From IMG/VR virus record IMGVR_UViG_2524614764_000005, positions 32,001 through 96,000 of that record: a stretch of 64,000 nucleotides of DNA, one strand, 5' to 3'. Shown here piece after piece: positions 29,978 through 39,187 of this stretch (within the stretch, counting starts at the first letter, position 1; every line of letters starts with the position of its first letter). This DNA is from a virus. Taxonomy: Duplodnaviria; Caudoviricetes. Made by a program: the position numbers and the translations under genes. The notes under the pieces are model-generated. The model was given only the letters and a program-made list of their open reading frames with translations, was not told where the DNA came from and did no database searches.

Positions 29978-30010
29978 ATGAATCTTGAAGCAATTAAAGT
30001 AGGAGGTTGA
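29978..30010 (+). CDS. Candidate micropeptide MNLEAIKVGG
   Basis: SD AAGGTG upstream; follows the junction site at 29944. Confidence 0.35.
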   Translation: MNLEAIKVGG

Positions 30011-30014
30011 CAGT

Positions 30015-30056
30015 ATGGGAGGTGAGTTCATGGCTGATATTCGTCCAGGAGGATAA
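30015..30056 (+). CDS. Candidate micropeptide (MGGEF)MADIRPGG
   Basis: SDs AGGAGG and GGAGGTG before ATG 30015 and ATG 30030; terminator-like GAGGG-ACTAAA-CCCTC-TTTTT after. Confidence 0.35.
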   Translation: MGGEFMADIRPGG

Positions 30057-30070
30057 GAGTGGAGGAGGGA

Positions 30071-30235
30071 CTAAACCCTCTTTTTCATTCCACATTTGGC
30101 ACATTTGCGTATGAATTCGCCTTTAGATATAGTGGACTTAAATTGAGCTGTATCACAATTGTCGCAGCGGCCACTATTTTTATCAGGGTATTCTCGTATG
30201 TCGTAAATCTTTTCTAAATCAATTTCTTTCAACAT
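30071..30235 (-). CDS. Small Zn-ribbon protein (54 aa)
   Basis: Read by hand: MLKEIDLEKIYDIREYPDKNSGRCDNC...CAKCGMKKRV; SD AGGAG. Confidence 0.75.
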   Translation of the reverse strand: MLKEIDLEKIYDIREYPDKNSGRCDNCDTAQFKSTISKGEFIRKCAKCGMKKRV

Positions 30236-30386
30236 GATTTAATTTCTCCTTAGAGCAAGTTTTTAAGTGTTTATTATAGTATATGATCAAACAAAATTAA
30301 ACTCCCTTAAATAAACAACAAATTACATATATTGTGTTGACAATGAAATGAAATTATAGTAAATTTATAGTAGGGAGTGGGGTCAT

Positions 30387-31544
30387 ATGAATCTTAAAAC
30401 ATACATAAAAAATAAATGCGAAGATGATTCTTCATTGGCTATGAAATTAGCTAAAATAGCTGGCTATTCGGATAGAACTGGCCTTTATAAATTCTTAAAT
30501 AGCCCTAACAAAGAGATGGATGATTTAAACAATCTTATTAATTTAGTTAGGGAAGTTGATCAAGAAAGAGAAATTGAAATAATTAGCACCTATATTACAA
30601 CACTCGACCCTAACAAATCAGCTGCTAGACAAGCTGTAGAATATTTAGATGCTAATCAACTTGGCGACGAAACTGATGAGCTAGTTATTAAATTATGTAA
30701 TGCCAGCAACGCAGTGAGCAAAGAGTGGGGGAATGTATATCGCATCCATAGATTGCTCACAAAAGGTGAAATTGATTTAACTTCTGCTATCAAAGAAACT
30801 GGAACTATTAAAATCAAGAGTGAGGAAATGTTTGTTTTTTCAAGAATGATGACATTATATGAATACCTAAACATTGGTGAGTTTGGTCTTATGAAAAGCA
30901 CTTCAACATATATCGATCTATCTAATTTGAAAAAGGGATACGTTAAGGATTCCTTTAGCTCAAGGTATTTGTTGCTTATGGCCAACGTGTTTTTAAATGA
31001 TAACAATTTAAAACCTCTTAGAGACTACTGTAATCAAATTATATCTGAAGAAGTTAAGGTGAATCGATTTCAAGTGTTTGCTCACCTCACTTGCGGGAAT
31101 TCTTATGTGTTTGATGATTATGATAAAGCAAAAGCATATTACATCAACGGTATGAAATTCGCAAAAAACAGTTTTCATAAATATAAACTTAGATCTGCAT
31201 TAGCATTCTTAGAAAACACATGGGGAATAAAAGAAAACAAATACCTGGAACAGGAACCTAAGAATGATTCTGATTTTATAGAACTCGCACATCATTTAAT
31301 GCTTAATGATCAAACCGAAAAAATGATGGAGGTGTTTAATAAATTAGATTCATCTACTATGCATGACAATGATTTAGGTTTTCTCTACTACGTTAAAGGA
31401 ATTTTCTATAAAGATAAGGCTTGCTATTTGAAATCAGTTAAACATTTTAAGAAATCAGATGACAAGTATTTTATCAAGCTACCTCTAATTAAGTTAAAAA
31501 CAATGGGCATAGATAGTGAGATTTTAGATTTATTGGCTATCTAA
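30387..31544 (+). CDS. aimR: Arbitrium receptor AimR (HTH plus TPR, RRNPP family)
   Basis: 385 aa; LAKIAGYS...ARQAVEY...SKEWGNVY; followed by a propeptide gene; TTGACA at 30337. Confidence 0.93.
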   Translation: MNLKTYIKNKCEDDSSLAMKLAKIAGYSDRTGLYKFLNSPNKEMDDLNNLINLVREVDQEREIEIISTYITTLDPNKSAARQAVEYLDANQLGDETDELVIKLCNASNAVSKEWGNVYRIHRLLTKGEIDLTSAIKETGTIKIKSEEMFVFSRMMTLYEYLNIGEFGLMKSTSTYIDLSNLKKGYVKDSFSSRYLLLMANVFLNDNNLKPLRDYCNQIISEEVKVNRFQVFAHLTCGNSYVFDDYDKAKAYYINGMKFAKNSFHKYKLRSALAFLENTWGIKENKYLEQEPKNDSDFIELAHHLMLNDQTEKMMEVFNKLDSSTMHDNDLGFLYYVKGIFYKDKACYLKSVKHFKKSDDKYFIKLPLIKLKTMGIDSEILDLLAI

Positions 31545-31573
31545 ATTATAAGACTTGAAGGGAGGTGACATAT

Positions 31574-31699
31574 ATGAAAAAATTAGTCATGGCTTTAGTT
31601 TTACTTGCAGCAGTGGCAGGTGTGTTCTCTGGAACACAACAATCAATTGCTTTGGATGATGAGAAAGTCTCTACATCATCTGCTTCTAGAGGTGCATAA
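31574..31699 (+). CDS. aimP: Arbitrium propeptide AimP, predicted mature SASRGA
   Basis: MKKLVMALVLLAAVAGVFSGTQQSIALDDEKVSTSSASRGA: signal peptide plus C-terminal RGA hexapeptide. Confidence 0.93.
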   Translation: MKKLVMALVLLAAVAGVFSGTQQSIALDDEKVSTSSASRGA

Positions 31700-31717
31700 A
31701 TGCATAGTTGGAACTTA

Positions 31718-31740
31718 GGGATAGAAATATCCCCTTTTTC
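31718..31740 (+). terminator. Terminator after aimP
   Basis: GGGATA-GAAA-TATCCC then TTTTT. Confidence 0.8.
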
Positions 31741-31835
31741 TTGATAATTCTAGAATTAAAGTATATAATTATTTGAATAATTGTTGTACATAATATGACG
31801 TATAACCCTTATGGGGTTTGCGTCATTTTGTATTT
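31741..31835 (+). ncRNA. Short non-coding transcript at the aimX position (promoter plus ~55 nt RNA)
   Basis: TTGATA-17-TATAAT (31741-31769), then hairpin ATGACG...CGTCAT with T tail; no ORF. Confidence 0.55.
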
Positions 31836-31991
31836 TTACGACAATATGCCAGTTTTCAAGAAAATGAATAATGATCTTACAAAAGCACATTAAAAATGTG
31901 CTATTTGTCGTGAAAAAAGCTTTACATATAGTTTTTTATCGATTAAACTATAAATAAGACATACGGAAATTGAAGTTTGAGGAGGAATACC

Positions 31992-32177
31992 ATGTTAGCT
32001 GCTAGAAAAGACAATGTTATAAATTTTAATAAAACGGTTTATGCTCGTAAGATAGATAAATTCGGGGGAGAATGGTTTAATCACCAAGAAAACAAAAATA
32101 ACATAGATAAAGAAATCAAAAAAGAACAAATTAGAAGATCGATGATTTCAGGATATTTGAAATTATTGAATAGTTAG
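31992..32177 (+). CDS. SroA/YopM-position protein
   Basis: First gene after the promoter TTTACA-17-TAAACT (31921-31949). Confidence 0.6.
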   Translation: MLAARKDNVINFNKTVYARKIDKFGGEWFNHQENKNNIDKEIKKEQIRRSMISGYLKLLNS

Positions 32178-32189
32178 GAGGTAAGGCCA

Positions 32190-32498
32190 GTGATTGCATC
32201 ACCAGAAAAAAGCTGTGCGGACATTGAGTATCAGTACGAAATTATAAAAAGCTTAGAAGAAGAGCTCACATATTTACGCAGTCTTAGTTTTTCAATTAAT
32301 TCACCAGTTGATTTATATAGGGTTAAACAGGCTGTAGATGCATACTTAAGACAAATAGATGAGTTTTCTTTTAATCAAACCGTACTGACAAACACTTATA
32401 CTGGAGATCTTCTCGCAGCCTATGAGCATAGAATGGAATTCATTATAGAACTTCGAAAATCTGTTGAATATGAATTCGAGTATTTTATCACTACATAA
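32190..32498 (+). CDS. SroB/YopN-position protein (lysogeny promoting)
   Basis: 102 aa helical protein; synteny. Confidence 0.6.
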   Translation: MIASPEKSCADIEYQYEIIKSLEEELTYLRSLSFSINSPVDLYRVKQAVDAYLRQIDEFSFNQTVLTNTYTGDLLAAYEHRMEFIIELRKSVEYEFEYFITT

Positions 32499-32550
32499 AA
32501 TTAACATCAATGGCCAGGGCATCTAAGATACATAAGCATTCGAAGGAGAT

Positions 32551-32739
32551 GTGCCAGTGCCTAATAACTTAATTAATATTATAGAACAATCAAACAAAAC
32601 TATTGAGAGTGTAGCTGCTGAATCAGGCATCTCAGTGAAAAGGCTAAACCAAATCATCTCTAATCCTGAAGAGGCTAGGCTAATTGAAATGGCAAAAATA
32701 GCGATTGTTCTTAACTCAACAATTGAAGAATTAATGTGA
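32551..32739 (+). CDS. SroC/YopO-like HTH protein
   Basis: IESVAAESGISVKRLNQI. Confidence 0.75.
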   Translation: MPVPNNLINIIEQSNKTIESVAAESGISVKRLNQIISNPEEARLIEMAKIAIVLNSTIEELM

Positions 32740-32752
32740 AGGAGGGAGAAAA

Positions 32753-33835
32753 ATGAATTCGAAAGCAGTCCCATTAAAGGAATACACTGTATATAACGAT
32801 ATAATGACCTATCTAAAAAAGATCGATGATGAAGGATCAGTAGGAAATATTGATGTTTTTTCTAAAACACAGCGGAGACATAAATTGTTTGAGACAAATA
32901 CAGCAGTTAATTATTATGGTGACATTAAACAATTCTTTGGTTTTCTTAAACCCACTATTGGAATAGAGTTTTTAACTCCGAAAGATATTGAAATCACATC
33001 AATTGACCTGATAAATTTTAGGAAACATCTGAAAGAAAAAGGTTTGGCGAATTCAACTATCAACCGTAAAGTGATATCAGTTAAAGGCTTATACAAGTTT
33101 CTTAAGTCAGTTAGTACTTATTCTTCTTCAATTGATTTAAATCAATTTGGATCAACAAAGAAATTAAAAGAAATCTCTAAAAGTTACGGCAAAACTACAC
33201 AAACTGAAGCAGAAAGAATTGCTGAAAACATGCTATTTGAGCGGGAGAATGGCTTAAAAAAGAAGCTACTAACAAAATTTCTAATTCGTACTTCTTTTAG
33301 GATCGAGTATGCACTTACTGTTAGATGGATGGATATCAAGAAAGTTGATGGTGAATTGTATAAAGTTGAAGCTTTGAACAAAGGTTCGTATGTAGTTTCT
33401 ACAGGACTACATGAAAATTTCTTAAATGAGTTGCGGCAATTAAGAAAACAAAACAGTATGGAGAATGATTTAGTGTTTGGTGGATTGACATCAAGATCTT
33501 ACAGAGAATCGTTCAACAGAGCTTTGGATAGATTAGATATACCTGCATCAAGAAACCTTAAACCTCACTCTTTAAAGGGAGTTGGGATTGATATAGCTTA
33601 TGAAGAGTCTGGCAATGATATTCGAGTTGCTATGAATCAAGGGAACCATAAAGATCCTACGACTCCATTGAGATATTTAACTAAAAATGACAACATCGAA
33701 AACTCTGCGGGTATATTGATGGATAAAGAAGTAGATTTTACATTGATTGAAAGTGCGACAAAAGAGGATTTTGTCAATTTTTTTCGTAAAGCAGATAGGG
33801 GAACTATGCAAAAGTTCCTAGATTTTGTGAGGTAA
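32753..33835 (+). CDS. yopP: Tyrosine recombinase-fold protein SroD/YopP
   Basis: TSFR, PHSLK, GNHKD..TPLRY; SAM-like STINRK. Confidence 0.8.
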   Translation: MNSKAVPLKEYTVYNDIMTYLKKIDDEGSVGNIDVFSKTQRRHKLFETNTAVNYYGDIKQFFGFLKPTIGIEFLTPKDIEITSIDLINFRKHLKEKGLANSTINRKVISVKGLYKFLKSVSTYSSSIDLNQFGSTKKLKEISKSYGKTTQTEAERIAENMLFERENGLKKKLLTKFLIRTSFRIEYALTVRWMDIKKVDGELYKVEALNKGSYVVSTGLHENFLNELRQLRKQNSMENDLVFGGLTSRSYRESFNRALDRLDIPASRNLKPHSLKGVGIDIAYEESGNDIRVAMNQGNHKDPTTPLRYLTKNDNIENSAGILMDKEVDFTLIESATKEDFVNFFRKADRGTMQKFLDFVR

Positions 33836-33918
33836 GTTTACATTTAGATTAATTTTATGACTATAAATTGATTTAATATAATTTGTTTGTTATTTTTGTT
33901 TTAGAAGAGGTGTGCTAT

Positions 33919-35307
33919 ATGAATAAGTTAGTTATTTTTGATAATGAAAAAGATGCTTTACTAAATGAAACAATAGAAATGCTATTGCAAAAAAATAAAC
34001 ATGACAAACAATTTAGAGAAAGACTGCAAAATGCTCTTTCTCATAAAGGCGTTTCGCCAGGGGAAACGATGAATCTAATAATAAGATTTGGGAGACAGGA
34101 AGCGCTGCAGAAAGAAGAAAAATACCTACTAGCTTCAGGTATATACGAAGTAACTAAAGATGAAAAGATTAATCCAATAAATTATTTTCCGGAAAGAATA
34201 ATTCAAGAAATTGAAACAACGTGGGAAGGTTTCTCACAGAATAATGACAGTGAGCTGAATTTTCCCATAAAATTTGAGGATGTTACTAAAGTAGATGACA
34301 ACAACTACACATTCTTACTTAAAAGAAGTGAAATAGCAAAGATGTATGAAAACCATTTGCTTCAATACAACCCAAGAACTCAAAGGACTAGTGAGACTAA
34401 AAATTTTGAGTTCTTAGGTGGTGAAATACCTATCCCTGAGCTAAATCAAAACGCAGTAGAAGAGATTTCACAAAAAACTATCTATGGTACCTTAATAAGC
34501 TCAACTTTAATACTTAACGCAAGATTTGGTTCATCTTCCGAAGGGATTGAGGTAGTTTATGACCCCCATGAAAGAACTTTAACAGTTATGAGCGGCACTC
34601 TGCTAGATGTAATTGATGGTTATCATCGAATTGTAGGGATATCGAAAGCAGTAAGATCTGGCAGCTTTGATGATAAATTTATGAAAATAGACTTTTATAA
34701 TGTAACTCAGAAAGTTGCAAGACAGTTATTTGGTCAGCATAATACAATGACTCCTGTAAGACTTTCGAAGTTAAAAGAAATGAATGAAGAAAATCCTGTG
34801 AATAAAGTTGTTACTCATATAAGAGACAACAGTGTAATTGGACAGAGAATCAGTTTAGATATTGATGTTATTACAACTCATTCAGATTATTTATATTCTT
34901 TAAATGACGTAGCAAATGCAGTTGAGGCTACAAAATTTCCTAAGCTGCTTAAAGATCAGATTGCTGTAAGAAAAATAGGGGTTTATTTGGTAGAATTTTT
35001 TGATGAAGTGACTGAGTTTTATTATGAAGAGTTTCTGGGTGACAAATTTGAGCAGGCGCAAAAAACAATTGTAATAAATAAAAATATTTTAGTTGGATTG
35101 ATGGAAATAGCGTATTATATGTACACTTCTGGAATTAGCGCAAAAATGGCGCAACAAATAATTATAAAAAAGGGATTTAACTTCAACAGAAATAATCCAG
35201 AATTAACAAAATACAAAATATTGAATAAAAAAAATGAAGTAACTCACAGTAAGAATCATATTTTAAAATATGTTAAAGACAAATTGAATGAAGTAGAAGG
35301 TGTATAG
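33919..35307 (+). CDS. yopQ: ParB/DndB-like (DGxHR) protein SroE/YopQ
   Basis: YNPRTQR and VIDGYHR motifs. Confidence 0.75.
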   Translation: MNKLVIFDNEKDALLNETIEMLLQKNKHDKQFRERLQNALSHKGVSPGETMNLIIRFGRQEALQKEEKYLLASGIYEVTKDEKINPINYFPERIIQEIETTWEGFSQNNDSELNFPIKFEDVTKVDDNNYTFLLKRSEIAKMYENHLLQYNPRTQRTSETKNFEFLGGEIPIPELNQNAVEEISQKTIYGTLISSTLILNARFGSSSEGIEVVYDPHERTLTVMSGTLLDVIDGYHRIVGISKAVRSGSFDDKFMKIDFYNVTQKVARQLFGQHNTMTPVRLSKLKEMNEENPVNKVVTHIRDNSVIGQRISLDIDVITTHSDYLYSLNDVANAVEATKFPKLLKDQIAVRKIGVYLVEFFDEVTEFYYEEFLGDKFEQAQKTIVINKNILVGLMEIAYYMYTSGISAKMAQQIIIKKGFNFNRNNPELTKYKILNKKNEVTHSKNHILKYVKDKLNEVEGV

Positions 35308-35309
35308 CT

Positions 35310-36299
35310 TTGTGGTATAACTCACAGTTTAAAAAAACTTATTTAGATACATTAAGTAGTGATAGCCAGCAAAAGCAAGTATCACTGTTGTTCAATCACT
35401 CTCAAAAAGAGGAAGAAATAAGAGAAAAAGACTTATTTGATTTTACAACGGATGAAATTTTGAATGTGCTAAGAGCAATGTATTCAACTTCTCTTGCATC
35501 TTTGGAAACATTTTTATATAACATGATAAGCTATATAGATTGGTCAATTGCAAATGGTGTTACAAAGGGTAGTAATAATTTGGCTAGGTTGATAAAAACC
35601 AATGATTTATTGTCATGTATAGATTCTTCATTAAAATTATATATAACTAAAAATGAATTAGAGAAAATGTGTGCAGAATTAATTAATGCCCAAGATAGAG
35701 CATTGTTTAGATTGCTTTTTGAGGGAATATTGGGCTTTGAGGCAAGTGAAATGACCAGTCTTAAAAGAAGTGATATTGAAAAAGCGTTGAATAATAATAA
35801 TATGCTAACTGTGCATGATTCTAAATTTGGCGAAAGAACTGTAAAAGTAGACAAAATAACTTTGCAAGACTGTCTTGAAGCAAACCGACAAACAGAATAT
35901 AAACCATTGAATGGGAAACCAGGGCTAAGAAAGCCATCATTAAGTTTAGTTGATAATGAATATGTAATAAAAACAAAACAGACTAATGCGATTGGACAAG
36001 GACAAGCTTCGAGAACTGTAGTAAGTTCTACTTTTAGAAACCTTAAAGAAATTTTTGGTTTTTCATTTTTAAGACCTATAGGTATAGTTAAGTCAGGCCT
36101 TCTATATGAGGGTTATAAGCTGATATTAAAAGGGGAAGAGTTGGACAGAAAAGCTCTTAATGAAATATATGAAGATAGGAAAGTCCAAACAACGGACTTG
36201 AACCAAAAGATCATTTCAGATCGAAGAGAATTTATGAATGAGGAAACCATAAGAAAATATTACGCAGATGAACTTAAAGAAGAAGGCAAATCTAAATGA
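35310..36299 (+). CDS. yopR: Master repressor MrpR/SroF/YopR (recombinase fold, non-catalytic)
   Basis: KDLFDF, NAQDRALFRLLFEGILG; last gene of the sro operon. Confidence 0.8.
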   Translation: MWYNSQFKKTYLDTLSSDSQQKQVSLLFNHSQKEEEIREKDLFDFTTDEILNVLRAMYSTSLASLETFLYNMISYIDWSIANGVTKGSNNLARLIKTNDLLSCIDSSLKLYITKNELEKMCAELINAQDRALFRLLFEGILGFEASEMTSLKRSDIEKALNNNNMLTVHDSKFGERTVKVDKITLQDCLEANRQTEYKPLNGKPGLRKPSLSLVDNEYVIKTKQTNAIGQGQASRTVVSSTFRNLKEIFGFSFLRPIGIVKSGLLYEGYKLILKGEELDRKALNEIYEDRKVQTTDLNQKIISDRREFMNEETIRKYYADELKEEGKSK

Positions 36300-36313
36300 T
36301 TTGTCTTCTTTTT
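36280..36313 (+). terminator. Terminator of the sro operon
   Basis: AGAAGGCAAATC-TAAAT-GATTTGTCTTCT-TTTT. Confidence 0.8.
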
Positions 36314-36453
36314 ATGAAAAATTCTAAATAATTTCCCTATTCGACAAAAAAAGACAAAATATTGTGTATACAACCTGTTATGCTTATAGTAGTATAGTCT
36401 TATCAGCGAATTCGCTGATAACGGAGGTGTACTGAGACCATTGTCTCAGTTAA

Positions 36454-36672
36454 TCAATGCCGTATCCTAAACTCAAACAAATCATCAATCCTGCATCCAA
36501 TAGCCATAGCGATCTTAGCTGCCGTTTTAATACGGATGTCTACAGGTTTATTGATTATTTGAAAGATGGTTTGTGGCGTCAGGCCTGTGGCACGTGCCAA
36601 GTCAGCTTGAGTCCAGTTTTTTTCTTTCAATAGTTTAGGAATATGACATTGCCCGATCTCTACATTTAACAT
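36454..36672 (-). CDS. XRE HTH regulator (YopS-like)
   Basis: WTQADLARATGLTPQTI. Confidence 0.85.
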   Translation of the reverse strand: MLNVEIGQCHIPKLLKEKNWTQADLARATGLTPQTIFQIINKPVDIRIKTAAKIAMAIGCRIDDLFEFRIRH

Positions 36673-36804
36673 CGGACAACCTCCAGTTTTGTTGTTAAAA
36701 TGTACAAGCTCTATTACATATCATACCAACTTAACCACAATAAAAAAAGAAAAAAATATTGTAGCCAATATTAGAGCTAAGATGTATAATTAGAACAAGA
36801 AACA

Positions 36805-36816
36805 GAACACACGTTC
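36805..36816. promoter_or_regulatory. LexA (Cheo) SOS box
   Basis: GAAC-ACAC-GTTC just downstream of TATAAT (36785). Confidence 0.75.
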
Positions 36817-36852
36817 CTTTTATGTTGCAGGAGACTAATTAGATAGGGAGAA

Positions 36853-37077
36853 ATGAGTATGGCTAATAAGTTTAGAGCCTGCTTCGTTATAAGCGCTGAT
36901 ACATTCTTAGAAATTGAAGATGTTGAAAATACTGAGGCTGCGTATAAAAAAGCGGATTTGGTTATGACACCTTATGAATTAACAACAGATATCATATTAA
37001 AAATTGGTGATAGGGAAATAAAATTAGAATCTGGATGTCTGGATATTACATTAGAGAATGTTGAAGAGATAGATTAA
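36853..37077 (+). CDS. Small acidic protein (YopT position), probably SOS-induced
   Basis: 74 aa after the SOS box. Confidence 0.6.
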   Translation: MSMANKFRACFVISADTFLEIEDVENTEAAYKKADLVMTPYELTTDIILKIGDREIKLESGCLDITLENVEEID

Positions 37078-37151
37078 ACCTAAAATAACATAAATCCTAC
37101 ATCTAAGATTGTAATCAACTTGCTTTCGGATTGGAAAGAAGATAGCTAAAT

Positions 37152-37349
37152 ATGGCAAATGTCATTATTAAGAGAAAAGACTACCAGGATATTAATCTAA
37201 AAATCAATGTGGACAAACTAAGTGACATGGAAATCGCCTTTGAGCTCGTATTATCAGGGAAAAACAATAATATTGCGATAACAATGAATCCCTCAGACTT
37301 GATACAGCTGAGGGATAAAATTAATGAAACAATTTTTAAGCTGTCATAA
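37152..37349 (+). CDS. Small protein (YopU position)
   Basis: 65 aa; hairpin terminator ATAAGAGCA/TGCTCTTAT follows. Confidence 0.55.
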   Translation: MANVIIKRKDYQDINLKINVDKLSDMEIAFELVLSGKNNNIAITMNPSDLIQLRDKINETIFKLS

Positions 37350-37473
37350 GAGCATTATTTGCTCTTATTTTTATGTAAATAAAACAAAATAACAATTATC
37401 TATTGACATGGAATGGAAGAGTATCGTAACATTAAAATACAAATAACATATATATTAACGGAAGGAGTTATGA

Positions 37474-37644
37474 TTGGAAATATTAGAATCAAAGTTAGAA
37501 AAGATTGAGGGTTCGATTTCTAATTTCAAAAGAAACTTAGAAAAAGGTAAGACTGAAGCAATTGGTGATATTCATTCAATAATAGAGTACGGCTATGAAT
37601 TGCTCTACATATATGAAGCAGCAAGATATGATGATAAAATGTAA
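37474..37644 (+). CDS. Small protein (56 aa, MEILESKLEK...)
   Basis: Read by hand; SD AAGGAG; downstream of TTGACA (37403) and an SPBRE. Confidence 0.55.
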   Translation: MEILESKLEKIEGSISNFKRNLEKGKTEAIGDIHSIIEYGYELLYIYEAARYDDKM

Positions 37645-37734
37645 GTTTTATTTAGAATAGGAGGTAAAGGCCATATCGTAAATGATCAATCATTTGAAAT
37701 TAAAAATACAAATTACAAGCATACTATAGACTTA

Positions 37735-38001
37735 TTGTCAGACATGTTTAACATTACAAATGGTGTAGTTGAAAGTGGAAATACATTGATTAAGTCAATT
37801 AGATTTCTTGATGAGGGTGTCTCATATTCCATTGGAGATAGTGTGGAGGGCTTCTCGGAAGCTAAGATATATTTCATCTATGACTATCGAGAAGAGCCTG
37901 AGAAAGCATTCTGGATTTATCTAGATAGCGGTGATCAGTTCTTTGTGAACAAGGGGAAAGTAATTGTAGAGTATTATAAAGGAGGAGAGTATATCGACTA
38001 A
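37735..38001 (+). CDS. Hypothetical protein
   Basis: ORF track. Confidence 0.5.
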   Translation: MSDMFNITNGVVESGNTLIKSIRFLDEGVSYSIGDSVEGFSEAKIYFIYDYREEPEKAFWIYLDSGDQFFVNKGKVIVEYYKGGEYID

Positions 38002-38020
38002 GAGATTTGAGTTATCAGAG

Positions 38021-39172
38021 ATGCAACAGGAAGCTGTAAGAATTATTGAAGACTGGTTTAAAAATTCAAAAAAGAAATCTTTTTTCCTTGCAGGGTATGC
38101 TGGCACAGGAAAAACAACACTTGTCGAATACATAATAGAAAAATTACATATAAAAGACAGTGAAGTAGCTTTTGCTTGTTATACAGGTAAAGCCTCATTG
38201 GTGGTAACAAGAAAAGCAAATGGAAAGTATACAGCAAGTACAATACATAAACTTATATATAATGTAAGAACAGACAGAAATGGTGACTTACATTCTGAGA
38301 AAAAATCTAAGGATGAGTTATCTCATTTAAAACTGATTGTGATTGATGAAGCTTCAATGGTGGATGGTAAGATCATGAAAGATCTGAAGTCATTCGGTAT
38401 CAAAATTCTATTTATTGGAGATACAGGACAATTACCACCCGTATCACAAGATGGAATTGAAGATTTCATGACTATGTTTAACAATCCAGATTTCACCCTA
38501 ACTGAGATTCATAGACAGGCAGCTGAAAACCCTATAATTAAATTGTCCATGATGGCTAGAACAAAGCAGGAAATTGCTACTGGGGTATATGGAGAGAACA
38601 AAGAAGTTGTTGTCATTGATAAAGTAACGTGGGAATCACACAAAAAAAGATTATATAAAACTGCTGATCAAATCATTTGCGGGTTCAATAAAACAAGGTC
38701 ACATATTAACGATGAGATTAGGGAGCTTTTGGGTTTCGACTCAATTTATCCAATGATCGGCGATAAAATGATATGCCTGAAGAATGATTGGGATAAATCA
38801 GTTAACGATTATTCTCTAGTTAATGGAATGACTGGTTATGTACATAAAGTATATAGCAGTGATGAAATTAAAAGGGATCCTAAATATGAGTCAACAGTTA
38901 TTGATTTTAGACCAGACTTTACAGATGAATTTTTCAAGGAGCTTTATATCCCAAATGATTCAATTGGGAATCCAGGATTCAAATTATTGCCCTATGATGA
39001 ATCTGATTACAATCGTTTTGATTTCGGATATGCAATCACTTGTCATAAATCTCAAGGATCACAATGGGACAATGTTGTGGTACTTAACGAAGTGCTAAAT
39101 CATGAAACGCATCACAGATGGCTCTATACAGCTATCACTAGAGCAGCAGAAAAGCTTATACTTGTTGTTTAA
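38021..39172 (+). CDS. SF1B helicase (RecD/Dda-like)
   Basis: GYAGTGKTT, VIDEASM, GDTGQLPPV, AITCHKSQGSQ, YTAITRA. Confidence 0.92.
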   Translation: MQQEAVRIIEDWFKNSKKKSFFLAGYAGTGKTTLVEYIIEKLHIKDSEVAFACYTGKASLVVTRKANGKYTASTIHKLIYNVRTDRNGDLHSEKKSKDELSHLKLIVIDEASMVDGKIMKDLKSFGIKILFIGDTGQLPPVSQDGIEDFMTMFNNPDFTLTEIHRQAAENPIIKLSMMARTKQEIATGVYGENKEVVVIDKVTWESHKKRLYKTADQIICGFNKTRSHINDEIRELLGFDSIYPMIGDKMICLKNDWDKSVNDYSLVNGMTGYVHKVYSSDEIKRDPKYESTVIDFRPDFTDEFFKELYIPNDSIGNPGFKLLPYDESDYNRFDFGYAITCHKSQGSQWDNVVVLNEVLNHETHHRWLYTAITRAAEKLILVV

Positions 39173-39187
39173 ATAAGGAGGAGAGTT

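Noticed and set aside
32753-33835. SroD as the prophage integrase
   Set aside because: It lies inside the sro operon with no att boundary nearby; SPbeta integrates with a serine recombinase encoded elsewhere
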